Notes: generated from the letters alone by a model not told the origin. A stretch of DNA of 64,000 nt from an uncultured Candidatus Saccharibacteria bacterium (GCA_964576615.1 CAZNUU010000003.1:6523-70522), one strand, 5' to 3'; counted from the stretch's first letter, positions 1-9,029 are shown. A program made the numbers and translations.

Positions 1-3
1 CCT

Positions 4-1305
4 ATGTCTCGCCTGCTAGAAGGCGACGTGGGATCGGGTAAAACAGCTGTGGCAGCCACTACTATATATGCAACAGTTCAACAAAGGCCCTTCGACTCCG
101 CTCAGGGCAACTTGCAAAGTTTTGGGAACCTGCAAGTTGCTTACATGGTCCCAACTGAGATCTTAGCCAAACAGCACTATGACAGTTTCGTGGCCTACTT
201 TAGCCATTTACCCCTCAAAATTGGCCTAATAACTGGCAGCGAGTGTAAAATCTTCCCCTCTAAGTCCGACCCTTCCAAACCAACCAAAATTTCCAAATCC
301 CAGCTCCTAAAATGGGTAGCAAACGGCGAAGTGCCAATTTTAATCGGTACCCACGCACTTATTCAGAAATCTGTAACATTTAAACATCTGGCTTTCGTAA
401 TTATCGATGAACAACATAGATTTGGAACACTTCAGAGACAAAAATTAGCAAGTAAAAATTCTGTAACACCACATTTGCTATCAATGACAGCCACGCCAAT
501 CCCCCGCACACTTGCTCTCACACTTTATGGCGACTTGGATATTACAGTTTTGGAAGGTATGCCGCATGGTAGAAAACCAATTATCACCAAACTAATTTGG
601 CCAAACCAACGAAAACAATGTTATGAGGAAATCCGCAGTGAATTAAAAGCTGGTAGACAACTTTATGTTATTTGTCCGAGGATTGACGAACCAGATCCAA
701 CTAAAGAATTAGCTGTCATGGCCAAATCAGTAAAACTGGAAGCAGAAAGACTCAAAAAAGAAGATTTTCCGGAGTACTCGATTGATATTTTGCACTCCAA
801 GATGACGCCTGTAGAAAAAGAGAAGGTTATGGGTGATTTCTCCTCGGGAAAAACCAAAATTCTATGTGCGACTTCGGTAGTCGAAGTCGGTGTAAATGTA
901 CCAAATGCGACCATGATAATAATCGAAGGCGCCGAAAGATTTGGACTCTCCCAACTTCACCAACTGCGAGGCCGAGTTATCCGTTCCAATCATCAGGCTT
1001 ACTGCTATGTTTTCTCGGAAAGTCACAGCGGCAAAACTCGGGATCGCTTGAAAGCACTGACCACTGCGAAAAATGGTTTTGAACTAGCAGAGTTTGATCT
1101 GGCTCAGCGCGGTGCCGGCGAACTTTACGGCAGAAAACAATGGGGTATTTCCGATGTGGCCATGGAAGCAATAAAAAATATAAAAATGGTGGAGGCTTCG
1201 CGCGAAGAAGCTTCAAAAATTATTGAGACTGATTTTGATTTAAAAAAATATCCGTTGATTAAAAATCACATAGCCAGTCGCCCCGAAAAAATCCATTTCG
1301 AATAG
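4..1305 (+). CDS. recG: ATP-dependent DNA helicase RecG (C-terminal part; 5' end outside window)
   Basis: RLLEGDVGSGKT Walker A, DEQHRFG, MTATPIPRTL, QLHQLRGRV motifs. Confidence 0.96.
   Translation: MSRLLEGDVGSGKTAVAATTIYATVQQRPFDSAQGNLQSFGNLQVAYMVPTEILAKQHYDSFVAYFSHLPLKIGLITGSECKIFPSKSDPSKPTKISKSQLLKWVANGEVPILIGTHALIQKSVTFKHLAFVIIDEQHRFGTLQRQKLASKNSVTPHLLSMTATPIPRTLALTLYGDLDITVLEGMPHGRKPIITKLIWPNQRKQCYEEIRSELKAGRQLYVICPRIDEPDPTKELAVMAKSVKLEAERLKKEDFPEYSIDILHSKMTPVEKEKVMGDFSSGKTKILCATSVVEVGVNVPNATMIIIEGAERFGLSQLHQLRGRVIRSNHQAYCYVFSESHSGKTRDRLKALTTAKNGFELAEFDLAQRGAGELYGRKQWGISDVAMEAIKNIKMVEASREEASKIIETDFDLKKYPLIKNHIASRPEKIHFE
87..108. repeat. short REP-like palindrome GCCCTTCGACTCCGCTCAGGGC inside recG (encodes PFDSAQG)
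   Basis: GCCCT...AGGGC closing stem, GC-rich patch in an AT-rich gene. Confidence 0.55.
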
Positions 1306-1307
1306 CT

Positions 1308-1335
1308 TTGACATTAAAATTTTGCTAGATATTCT
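1308..1335 (+). promoter_or_regulatory. sigma70 promoter of cassette 1
   Basis: TTGACA-16-TATTCT, GAGGTG SD at 1343-1348. Confidence 0.7.
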
Positions 1336-1351
1336 TATTTAAGAGGTGATT

Positions 1352-1636
1352 ATGGCACATACTGCCACATCGACGCACGCACCTGTCATCGACTGGCGCT
1401 GGTATCACGAGAGAGCAATCCCTCAGAGTGGGCCGTGGCCGGATACCGACTTCAAGATTCTCGGAAGAGAAGACTTTGAGAGACATCGGGGTCGGGCTGA
1501 GACATGTCCCAACTGCCTGGCCTCGCGGCAAAGCATGAGAACCTGGAAAAACAAGATGACCTGGAAGGCAATCTGGGTACACATCGGGCTGCTTCTCCTA
1601 ATTGCTGGGCTCGTCGCCGGGTGGGGGCTGTATTAA
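1352..1636 (+). CDS. cassette ORF, hypothetical with CxxC and C-terminal TM helix
   Basis: SD GAGGTG + ATG; CPNC; hydrophobic C-terminus; hairpin at 1642-1663. Confidence 0.7.
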   Translation: MAHTATSTHAPVIDWRWYHERAIPQSGPWPDTDFKILGREDFERHRGRAETCPNCLASRQSMRTWKNKMTWKAIWVHIGLLLLIAGLVAGWGLY

Positions 1637-1641
1637 GAAAA

Positions 1642-1663
1642 GGGGCTGGCGCGTGCCAGCCCT
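1642..1663 (+). terminator. intrinsic terminator hairpin
   Basis: GGGCTGGC-GCGT-GCCAGCCC. Confidence 0.65.
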
Positions 1664-1732
1664 CATCGTTATAAAATAAAAAGACGAACCGGGCTCATGT
1701 GAGCCCGGTTGTTGCGTTCTGTTGTCGCGGTT

Positions 1733-2011
1733 TTAAGCCGCCGACTCGATGATCTTCTCCTTCGTTGCCCAGATCCATCCCTGACGCAGTGCCCTCTCGG
1801 CATTATCCCTTCCGTAGGGCTTGTATGCCTTGAAGAACACTGCTCCTCGGATGGGATCGACCAGGAATCCGTCATCCTCGTGGGTGACGGGCAGACCCGC
1901 CGACCTTGTGACCATCCTGACCAACTCTTCGGACGGTTCACCGAAGGGACTTTGGGCCGCCAAGTCAAGTGCCGCTATCTGAACACGATTCGAGTAGTCA
2001 GTGAACGTCAT
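1733..2011 (-). CDS. cassette ORF, hypothetical 92 aa
   Basis: TTGACA-16-TATAGT (2029-2056), AGGAGGT SD, hairpin AACCGGGCTC-ATGT-GAGCCCGGTT at ~1687-1710. Confidence 0.75.
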   Translation of the reverse strand: MTFTDYSNRVQIAALDLAAQSPFGEPSEELVRMVTRSAGLPVTHEDDGFLVDPIRGAVFFKAYKPYGRDNAERALRQGWIWATKEKIIESAA

Positions 2012-2060
2012 CTCTACCTCCTAGTATTACTATACTTAAAATATAAAATTTGTCAATAGA

Positions 2061-2399
2061 CTACCGCCCCATCATTCTGTTTGCATGACCTAATGCTCCG
2101 ATTACAGTCGTTACCGCGATTGTACCAGCAAGGATCAGATCGCTAGTTGTCATATTATTTGTACCAATCATAAAACCTTCATAAGCAGCCGTGCCGATTG
2201 CAGAAATCAACGCTGCTCCTTCAAATATACTCTTGAGCATCAACTTTAAACCCTCGTGTTGTTCAGGAGTAACTTGTTCCGGATTAATCAGAGCAAGTTC
2301 GTCCTTGAGACCTTCTAGATTTTCTCGCAGAGTTTGCTCATTACTTTCAATCTGCGAGTCAACTGATCCAGCTAAAATTTCAAAATTATTTTCGTGCAT
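2061..2399 (-). CDS. hypothetical protein with two C-terminal hydrophobic helices
   Basis: 112 aa ORF, host-like composition. Confidence 0.6.
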   Translation of the reverse strand: MHENNFEILAGSVDSQIESNEQTLRENLEGLKDELALINPEQVTPEQHEGLKLMLKSIFEGAALISAIGTAAYEGFMIGTNNMTTSDLILAGTIAVTTVIGALGHANRMMGR

Positions 2400-2529
2400 A
2401 GGTTTTAATTACTGACCTCAAATCAGAAACAGCTTTGTTTGTATGTTGTAAAATTTCCAATCTTTCTTCCTTAGAAAATCCGACAGTTTTTGCTTTTTCC
2501 ATTAATTCTTTTAATCTTTTTTCGTTCAT
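2386..2529 (-). CDS. small hypothetical protein (47 aa, MNEKRLKELMEKAK...)
   Basis: hand-translated ORF just downstream of TG-TATAAT; below ORF-track cutoff. Confidence 0.4.
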   Translation of the reverse strand: MNEKRLKELMEKAKTVGFSKEERLEILQHTNKAVSDLRSVIKTYARK

Positions 2530-2586
2530 ACTTTTATTATACATGATGAAGGCGGGTCACTTTGACCCGCCTTTACGCAAACAGAA

Positions 2587-3021
2587 CTACAGTGCCGCCG
2601 AGAGACCGGTTGCTCCCAGGGGAGGCCAGCCTCTTTCGAGGTAAACCTGCTGAAACATTGCCAGGACTTCGGGGCGAGCACGATGCCCACCTTCCCGCTC
2701 CAGCCGACTGTCGAGCTCGTGGATGTCGACTGCATTCGAGATCTCTTCGTGCAGACGATTGAGTCGATCGATCTCGTCGAGCTCAGACTTCTTCTTCGAG
2801 ACAACCTCGAAGATCACAAGGTCGCTGTGATAGAGCTCAGGACGCAGCGGGGCGAGGATCGCCAAACCGCGTATTAGCTCGTTCTCGAAGGAATAGCCGG
2901 GCTGGTTGCCCTGACTCCCCGGCGAAAAACCAGCTCTCCTCATCACGTCGAGATACTGGTCTTTGGTGGCCTCTTGCCACCCGAGACCGTGAATCCGCAG
3001 AAAGTAGTACATATCGGCCAT
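2587..3021 (-). CDS. cassette ORF, hypothetical 144 aa
   Basis: TTGACT-16-TAGTAT (3039-3066), GGAGGG SD, hairpin AGGCGGGTCA-CTT-TGACCCGCCT 2550-2572. Confidence 0.75.
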   Translation of the reverse strand: MADMYYFLRIHGLGWQEATKDQYLDVMRRAGFSPGSQGNQPGYSFENELIRGLAILAPLRPELYHSDLVIFEVVSKKKSELDEIDRLNRLHEEISNAVDIHELDSRLEREGGHRARPEVLAMFQQVYLERGWPPLGATGLSAAL

Positions 3022-3087
3022 GCTGCCCTCCGGATTAAATACTATTTACAAAAACGAAAAAGTCAACTGTAATAAAAACGAACCGGG

Positions 3088-3435
3088 CTACGAGAGCCCG
3101 GTTGCGGTTGTGGAACTTGGGATACGTGGAGCCGACAGAACTTCACCACGCAGACGAGCGAAAAATTCTCTCGTCGGATGCCGCTTGGCGTAGCCATCGA
3201 AGATCATCCCGCGATAATTGAGATCTTGATGGCGAAGCTCGTCTTGATAATGAGCCTCCATGAGCGTCAGAACATCCTCGACTTTCCCGAGCCGAACCGC
3301 TCGATCAATCACGTCCTGCACATCAGGAGAAAGAGCGGGGCCGAACTGTCTGAAGACAGCCAGGGCCCGCGAAAACTCGCCGTTGCATCGCATCGTAAAA
3401 ACCCGAACGAAATGTTCCTCTGTAACTACTTGCAC
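3088..3435 (-). CDS. cassette ORF, hypothetical 115 aa (GTG start)
   Basis: TTGCAT-17-TATTCT (3456-3484), GAGGGGG SD, stop inside hairpin AACCGGGCT..AGCCCGGTT. Confidence 0.7.
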   Translation of the reverse strand: MQVVTEEHFVRVFTMRCNGEFSRALAVFRQFGPALSPDVQDVIDRAVRLGKVEDVLTLMEAHYQDELRHQDLNYRGMIFDGYAKRHPTREFFARLRGEVLSAPRIPSSTTATGLS

Positions 3436-3493
3436 AAAACACCCCCTCTTTTTTTAGAATAACAAGAGAAATTTTGAGATGCAAATTTTCTTG

Positions 3494-3567
3494 TCCATCC
3501 TCCTGGACTCGAACCAGGGACCCCAGAGGTATAAGCTCTGTGCTCTAACCAACTGAGCTAAGGATGG
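3494..3567 (-). tRNA. tRNA-Ile, anticodon UAU (CCA not encoded)
   Basis: CCATCCT/AGGATGG acceptor stem, TAGCTCAGTTGGTTAGAGC D arm, CAGAG-CTTATAC-CTCTG anticodon arm, GGTTCGAGTCC T arm. Confidence 0.9.
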
Positions 3568-3594
3568 TTGGTGTTATACTAAATTATCACAGTT

Positions 3595-3876
3595 ATGGAC
3601 AAAAATAAATTATGGTTCAGGGCAAAGAACTACGGTTGGGGTTGGTACCCTATCACCTGGCAAGGTTGGTTAGTTGTTTTAATTTATGTTTTTGGAATTG
3701 TGAGTCATGCGTTTCGTACAATAGATAAAGCCAAGACAGAAGGAAGTAGTGAAAAAGAATTTTTGTGGAGTTATTTATCCGGAATCTTCATCCTCACAGT
3801 AATCATGATTTGGATTTGTTACAAAAAAGGTGAAAAGCCGGAATGGCGCTGGGGTGGCAAAAGAATTTTTAAATAA
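3595..3876 (+). CDS. small two-TM membrane protein (WF..K.YGWGWYP.TWQGW motif)
   Basis: 93 aa ORF, Trp-rich motif, two hydrophobic segments. Confidence 0.8.
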   Translation: MDKNKLWFRAKNYGWGWYPITWQGWLVVLIYVFGIVSHAFRTIDKAKTEGSSEKEFLWSYLSGIFILTVIMIWICYKKGEKPEWRWGGKRIFK

Positions 3877-3976
3877 TGGAAAAGGCCAGCGATGTATTGC
3901 TGGCCTCGCTCTTGGAGAGCTTTGAGGAATTCTGGTGCCATCTTTAGGAAATTTCTTGGCACCAAAGGCAGGAAAA

Positions 3977-4180
3977 CTAGCGGAAGTCCGTTGTTCCCTC
4001 CGGTACGGCAGCTGCTTGTCGCAGCGCCTCATCCGGATCGATCTTGTCGCCATCCAGTGCGTCTAGGAGTTCAGTCAGTTGATGGGTCCCACGTCCGCAG
4101 ATACCCATACGACCGACTACTTCCTGCCGCATCTCGCTGATACTGGCGATTGCGTCCACTACTCCTTTCCGTCGTGGCAT
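3977..4180 (-). CDS. cassette ORF b, hypothetical 67 aa (MPRRKGVVDAIAS...)
   Basis: AGGAGG SD before ATG at 4180; terminator AGGCCAGC..GCTGGCCT at ~3883-3906. Confidence 0.55.
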   Translation of the reverse strand: MPRRKGVVDAIASISEMRQEVVGRMGICGRGTHQLTELLDALDGDKIDPDEALRQAAAVPEGTTDFR

Positions 4181-4373
4181 GCGCCCTCCTATCGTCTTCT
4201 GGAATCGGTTCGGTAGGACTGTCGGAATCAACTTGTCCGCAGTAGGTACAGACAAGATTGAATTGCAACGAGGAACCTGATCTAACACGAGTCACTTCAA
4301 GTGGCCCTTTGCAGATCCTCTCGCCGCGAGGTCGCGAGCTTGAGATTACCTTTTGACTGCAACGGCCAACCAT
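4071..4373 (-). CDS. cassette ORF a, possible Zn-ribbon protein (C..C..CTYC)
   Basis: TTGACT-17-TAGGAT (4391-4419), GGAGGG SD, ATG at 4373; overlaps ORF b. Confidence 0.5.
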   Translation of the reverse strand: MVGRCSQKVISSSRPRGERICKGPLEVTRVRSGSSLQFNLVCTYCGQVDSDSPTEPIPEDDRRAHATTERSSGRNRQYQRDAAGSSRSYGYLRTWDPSTD

Positions 4374-4423
4374 GTGACCCTCCGCGCTCAATCCTACATC
4401 ATTTTCTATACAAAGTCAAGGCG

Positions 4424-6379
4424 CTAGGAGATTGCTCCGGAGTGCTCAATATCTAGCTTTTTTTGCTTTGGACTTATACCGTGAGCAACAAGTATCCCCT
4501 CAAATTCCGGTCTTTCTATTGTTTCTTTTTCAATTAGTCTCTTTGCGATTGCATCAAGAAGCCCTCTGTTAGCCACTACAGTTTCTTGAGCTTTTTTTAG
4601 TGCACCATTCATTATTTTTGAAACTTCCGAATCGATGTCCGCTGCAACTTTTTCTGAAAATTCTTTTTCCTCCACACCTCGTCCAAATAAAACCTTGCCT
4701 CCCATTCCCTCTAGAGCAACTGGGCCAACCATATCTGACATACCATATTTAGTAACCATATCGCGAGCCAATGCAGTTGAAACTTGTAGATCATTGGATG
4801 GCCCGGTTGTAACATCGTTAAAAAGTAATTTTTCTGTGACATACCCACCCAGAGAAACCGCTATATCATCTAGAAATTCTTTTCGAGATTGAAGTTTTGT
4901 TTCTTCAATTGGCAGTTTTAAAACATAACCTGCCGCATGACCTCTGGAAATTATTGAAATCTTATGAACTGGATCAGCATAAGGCAAAATCGAGGCAAGA
5001 ACAGCGTGACCTGCTTCGTGATACGCGGTAATTTCTTTTTCTCTTTTAGAAAGAATATGACTTTTTCTCTCTGGGCCTAACATTACTTTTTCAATCGAGC
5101 GAATCAAGTCGTACTGAGCAACTTTGGTTCTGTTTTCTCGTGCAGCGACTATCGCCCCCTCGTTCATAAGAGAATAAAGATCCGCACCAGAAAATCCTGG
5201 GGTTCTTTCTGCAATAACTTTTAGATCCACATCTTCCGCAAATGGTTTTTCTTTACTATGAACTCGGAGAATATCTTCTCTGTCTTTTCTATCTGGTAAA
5301 TCAAGTGTGACTCGTCTGTCGAATCTACCCGGTCGAAGAAGTGCGGGATCTAAAACATCCGGTCTATTTGTTGCAGCCATGACGATAACTTTTTCATTTG
5401 GCTCGAAACCATCCATTTCAACTAGAATTTGGTTTAGGGTCTGCTCCCTCTCGTCATTTCCACCACCCGCACCAACTCCTCGCACACGTCCCACCGCATC
5501 AATTTCGTCCACGAAAATAATCGAAGGCGAATTTTTCTTGGCCAAAAGGAACAGATCGCGTACACGCGATGCTCCGACACCGACAAACATTTCCACAAAT
5601 TCCGAACCAGAAATAGAGAAGAAGGCTACACCTGCTTCACCCGCTACTGCTCGGGCTAGCAAAGTCTTACCCGTACCCGGGGCACCCATAAGTAGAATAC
5701 CCTTTGGGATACGTGCACCAATGTCTAAAAACTTTTTAGGATTACGTAGGAAATCAACAATTTCAGAGAGTTCTTCCTTGGCTTCTTTTGCCCCGGCAAC
5801 ATCCTTAAATGTTACTCTCTGGGCCTTGTCGTTTGGACTTATCATTCGAGCTTTGGATTGACCGAAGGTAAGAGCCTGCATACCAGCACCTTTTACCTGA
5901 CGAGTAATAAACCAAATGAAAATTAAAATAAAAAGAATTGGGAAAATAATTGGCGAGAGATTTACAAACCAATAGCCGAAACCATTTTGATTTTTAATTT
6001 GGATATCGACTGGTGCAAGTTGCTCCTTGGTTACCCCGTAGTTAACAAGTGTCTGAGATAAAGCTTCGCCTTCTTCTTTCTTGGATTCTTTGGTGGTGTT
6101 ATTTTTATACGAGATCGAAAGCGAATCACCCTGAACCACAACCGATTTTACTTGGCCGGATTTAATATCAGTGCTCAACTGGGAAATTGAAATCTGCTCT
6201 GGTTTTTTTGAAATCGAGCCAGAGATAAGAGAGTAGATTGCCGAGAGAATAATAAAAATTATTAAGACAGAAACAATGTAGCTCATTAAGGAACTCTCTT
6301 CGGGTCCTTTATTGCCACTTGGGCTTTTTTTAATGATAACCTTCTTCTTTTCTGGCATTTGCGCCATATTTTTACTCAT
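4424..6379 (-). CDS. ftsH: ATP-dependent zinc metalloprotease FtsH
   Basis: two TMs, [21 protein letters not shown]; start estimated. Confidence 0.97.
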   Translation of the reverse strand: MSKNMAQMPEKKKVIIKKSPSGNKGPEESSLMSYIVSVLIIFIILSAIYSLISGSISKKPEQISISQLSTDIKSGQVKSVVVQGDSLSISYKNNTTKESKKEEGEALSQTLVNYGVTKEQLAPVDIQIKNQNGFGYWFVNLSPIIFPILFILIFIWFITRQVKGAGMQALTFGQSKARMISPNDKAQRVTFKDVAGAKEAKEELSEIVDFLRNPKKFLDIGARIPKGILLMGAPGTGKTLLARAVAGEAGVAFFSISGSEFVEMFVGVGASRVRDLFLLAKKNSPSIIFVDEIDAVGRVRGVGAGGGNDEREQTLNQILVEMDGFEPNEKVIVMAATNRPDVLDPALLRPGRFDRRVTLDLPDRKDREDILRVHSKEKPFAEDVDLKVIAERTPGFSGADLYSLMNEGAIVAARENRTKVAQYDLIRSIEKVMLGPERKSHILSKREKEITAYHEAGHAVLASILPYADPVHKISIISRGHAAGYVLKLPIEETKLQSRKEFLDDIAVSLGGYVTEKLLFNDVTTGPSNDLQVSTALARDMVTKYGMSDMVGPVALEGMGGKVLFGRGVEEKEFSEKVAADIDSEVSKIMNGALKKAQETVVANRGLLDAIAKRLIEKETIERPEFEGILVAHGISPKQKKLDIEHSGAIS

Positions 6380-6548
6380 AGAATGACTGAAGTATACATC
6401 CCAAACGAGTTTTAGCAAACAATTAATGGACAAAAATTATTATAACTGGTGATTATAAAAACAACTGAAAAACACTGTAGTAAAAACTCGCACGGGACAG
6501 GTTAAAAGTCCCAAAATGAAAGTGAAGAGTCTGTGATATATTTACTCC

Positions 6549-6992
6549 ATGTCACTCGTTACAAACCGCAAAGCCAGCTTCAATTATGAAATTCTCGACA
6601 AGTATACTGCAGGTATAGAGCTTTTTGGGTTTGAGGTGAAATCTCTCATGAAAGGCCAGGGTTCACTTGATGGTTCACATGTTACAATCCGAGGCAAAGA
6701 AGCATTCGTTATTGGTATGTTCATCCCCCCATATCAAGCTGGCAATACACCAAAAGACTACGACCCTCATCGAAACAGGAAACTTTTGCTGACCAAGAAA
6801 GAAATTCATACTTTGGGTGAAATCGAGATGAAACGTGGCTTGACAATAGTGCCACTTTCAGTGTACAATGAGGGACGCAAGTTGAAACTCGATATCGCCA
6901 GCGTTAAAGGAAAGAAGAAATTTGATAAAAGAGAGTCAATTAAGAAACGCGATACTGAGCGAGACTTAAAAAGAGAGTTCTCTGACAAATAA
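6549..6992 (+). CDS. smpB: SsrA-binding protein SmpB
   Basis: NRKASFNY, GIEL.G.EVKS, KGKKKFDKRE; next to tmRNA. Confidence 0.96.
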   Translation: MSLVTNRKASFNYEILDKYTAGIELFGFEVKSLMKGQGSLDGSHVTIRGKEAFVIGMFIPPYQAGNTPKDYDPHRNRKLLLTKKEIHTLGEIEMKRGLTIVPLSVYNEGRKLKLDIASVKGKKKFDKRESIKKRDTERDLKREFSDK

Positions 6993-7042
6993 GGCCAAAC
7001 ATTTTATAATAAAATGTCGCCTAAACCTGTTTCGCCTAAAGC

Positions 7043-7306
7043 ATGTCTTATGTAGTTTATATTCTATATAGTTTGAAAGACAAAAAATTATATGTTGGCT
7101 GTACTTCGAATATTGTTAAAAGAATAAAAAAACATAATGATGGCCAAGTATCAGCAACAGAGAATAGAAGACCACTTAAACTAATTTACAAGGAAGCATT
7201 TGTAGACAAAAAACCAGCTTTTAATAGAGAAAGATTTTTGAAAAGCTTGTGGGGAGCAAGAGACAAGAAAAAAATACTCAAAAATTATTTAGCGAGTATT
7301 GGCTAA
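7043..7306 (+). CDS. small standalone GIY-YIG nuclease family protein
   Basis: YVVYIL...LYVGCT...R...HN, RE..LKS motifs. Confidence 0.9.
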   Translation: MSYVVYILYSLKDKKLYVGCTSNIVKRIKKHNDGQVSATENRRPLKLIYKEAFVDKKPAFNRERFLKSLWGARDKKKILKNYLASIG

Positions 7307-7360
7307 ATCAATTTTCCTAAAGAAAATTGATCGCCCGAACACACCCAAGGTGTGTTTTAG
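7303..7360. repeat. double-hairpin element CTAA-hp-CGCCCG-hp-TTAG (copy 1)
   Basis: ATCAATTTTC/GAAAATTGAT and AACACACC/GGTGTGTT hairpins; same frame as copies at 47132 and 47941. Confidence 0.75.
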
Positions 7361-7743
7361 GGGGATGACAGGTTTTGACATAAAAAGATACTGCGACGTT
7401 GCAATGCGGAGTTCCAGAAACTCTCAAAACTTCTGGAAAGATTAAGCGTAAAAAACTTATCTAAAAAGGCATCCGTTTCTCCATATTTTGGATCTAACGA
7501 TCTTGTCTTCTCTTACGCTTTAGCTTAAGGGACGGTAACCTCTCTTATTCCTCATGCGAGAGGCCCACCGATATAAACTGAGGATATGACCTTGATTTCC
7601 TCGATCAAGGTCGAAACATAGAGGATCGACTGTAATGTATTTTGTTTGTTCTAAGCCTTACAGTTTAAAACTTAAAACAGACTAGGCATTGTAGATGCGT
7701 TTCAATTCTTTTTATGGATGTGGTTTCGATACCACCATCTCCA
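7361..7743 (+). ncRNA. ssrA: tmRNA
   Basis: GGGGATG/CATCTCC-A acceptor stem, T-loop-like GGTTTCGATACC, tag ORF 7448-7528 ending YALA*. Confidence 0.92.
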
Positions 7744-7748
7744 CAACG

Positions 7749-7780
7749 AACAAAATAGCCCTATACAGGGCTATTTTGTT
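7749..7780 (+). terminator. terminator after ssrA
   Basis: AACAAAATAGCCCT-ATAC-AGGGCTATTTTGTT. Confidence 0.75.
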
Positions 7781-7830
7781 TACTTGACATAAACGTATAT
7801 TATGATATTATCCGAAACAGGAGGTAATGC

Positions 7831-8136
7831 ATGGCGAAGAACTCGGCCGAAGAAACAGTGGTAAAGACACCCGGGGGAACCTGGCACAGGGATCGTTTCG
7901 GGATGTGGCACTACGACAACACGGGTTGTCATGACGTGGAGGGCGCAGCAAGGGTGGCAGTTAAGAGCCGTCCGAAATCCACCGGAGCATGGTTCTGGTT
8001 CAACAACATTCCAGTTCCTGTGGATCTCAACGACACGCCGGAGCAGCTATATGAACGCTGGCGCACCTGGCGCAGTCTGATCGAGGCGAGCAACGGGAAT
8101 CTGCACAAGCTTCTCATCACCATGGTCGATCAGTAA
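7831..8136 (+). CDS. cassette ORF, hypothetical Trp-rich 101 aa
   Basis: TTGACA-16-TATTAT (7784-7811), AGGAGGT SD, hairpin AAACCGCGAGACC..GGTCTCGCGGTTT 8144-8183. Confidence 0.8.
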   Translation: MAKNSAEETVVKTPGGTWHRDRFGMWHYDNTGCHDVEGAARVAVKSRPKSTGAWFWFNNIPVPVDLNDTPEQLYERWRTWRSLIEASNGNLHKLLITMVDQ

Positions 8137-8221
8137 CCGCAAGAAACCGCGAGACCTAGTTCTCGGCCCGGGTCTCGCGGTTTTCCTTTGACTTATTTTC
8201 TAGTTTTAGTAGGCTTTCAAA

Positions 8222-8329
8222 CTAGCGTAACAGGGCTGAGAGAGGCCCAAGTGAGGGTTAAGGAGTGCCGTGGCACGCCCTCGCCAAAGTAACGCTCCGC
8301 GTGGGAACCTCCCCTACGCGGCCTTTTTT
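8222..8329 (+). ncRNA. candidate small structured RNA (promoter plus terminator, no ORF)
   Basis: TTGACT-16-TAGGCT (8188-8215), nested stems, CCGCGTGGG/CCTACGCGG hairpin with T tract. Confidence 0.45.
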
Positions 8330-8888
8330 ATACCTGCAAATATGCTGGCTTTACTAGAAGGGTTGGATCAACTATCCATGGTCTACAATTCCAACTAGCA
8401 TTATTTAGACCAGAACCAAGACTTACCCCAGTAAGAATATTTTTTGGAATAATTGATGGAAAATCAGCAAGGGATTTTGGATGTGAGATTTCACCTGTAG
8501 CTTTACCTTCAGTCCACTTGTAAATATTTACACCATCGTAAACCATAAGAGTATTTGTGCCAGATTGAGCTGTGTAAGTTCTGAACTCTGCTCGCATCCT
8601 GCCACCAGAGAGATAAACAACGTCTGTGCTTCTCTGAGCTGGAGTAGTTTCTTCATAAGTACATGCGTAGTTACCGATTTTTGGCAAAAGATTTGTAAAG
8701 GTATCAACCACAGGATTTGGAGCAGGAGTAGTGTTAGTAGATTTTTTAGTGGTTGTAGTCGTTTTTGTTGCATTCTCCGTATTATTCCCAACCACCTCAT
8801 AGTTAGAATTTGTTCCCCACCACCAAACTAAAACAAGGGCGATAACAATTACCACCCCCGCCACAATATACTCATCTCTTTTTTTCAT
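8328..8888 (-). CDS. membrane-anchored exported hypothetical protein
   Basis: N-terminal TM, Thr-rich linker, beta-rich domain with Cys pair. Confidence 0.75.
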   Translation of the reverse strand: MKKRDEYIVAGVVIVIALVLVWWWGTNSNYEVVGNNTENATKTTTTTKKSTNTTPAPNPVVDTFTNLLPKIGNYACTYEETTPAQRSTDVVYLSGGRMRAEFRTYTAQSGTNTLMVYDGVNIYKWTEGKATGEISHPKSLADFPSIIPKNILTGVSLGSGLNNASWNCRPWIVDPTLLVKPAYLQV

Positions 8889-9029
8889 TTTCAAATAATT
8901 AATTATAAACCTAGGTTAATTATAGCGCTTAGATGCCAAGGGACAACAGATTTACCCACAGGTCAATAATTTTGCTAAAGTAGAGCCAATATGCTATATT
9001 TTTATGACTTTAATAGTTAAATTAAGCAT

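Noticed and set aside
1669-3462. Alternative-frame ORFs within cassettes (1669-1968, 1709-2059, 2526-2804, 3178-3462, also 42211-42746)
   Set aside because: GC-rich DNA gives spurious open frames; only one frame per unit fits the promoter, SD and terminator.
1308-4419. Classical integron cassette array
   Set aside because: No tyrosine recombinase, no consistent RYYYAAC...GTTRRRY attC ends, mixed orientations, and each gene has its own promoter.
4635-5861. Antisense ORFs over ftsH (and similar ones over tuf, fusA, r-proteins, pilB, tig)
   Set aside because: Shadow frames of conserved genes with no independent signals.
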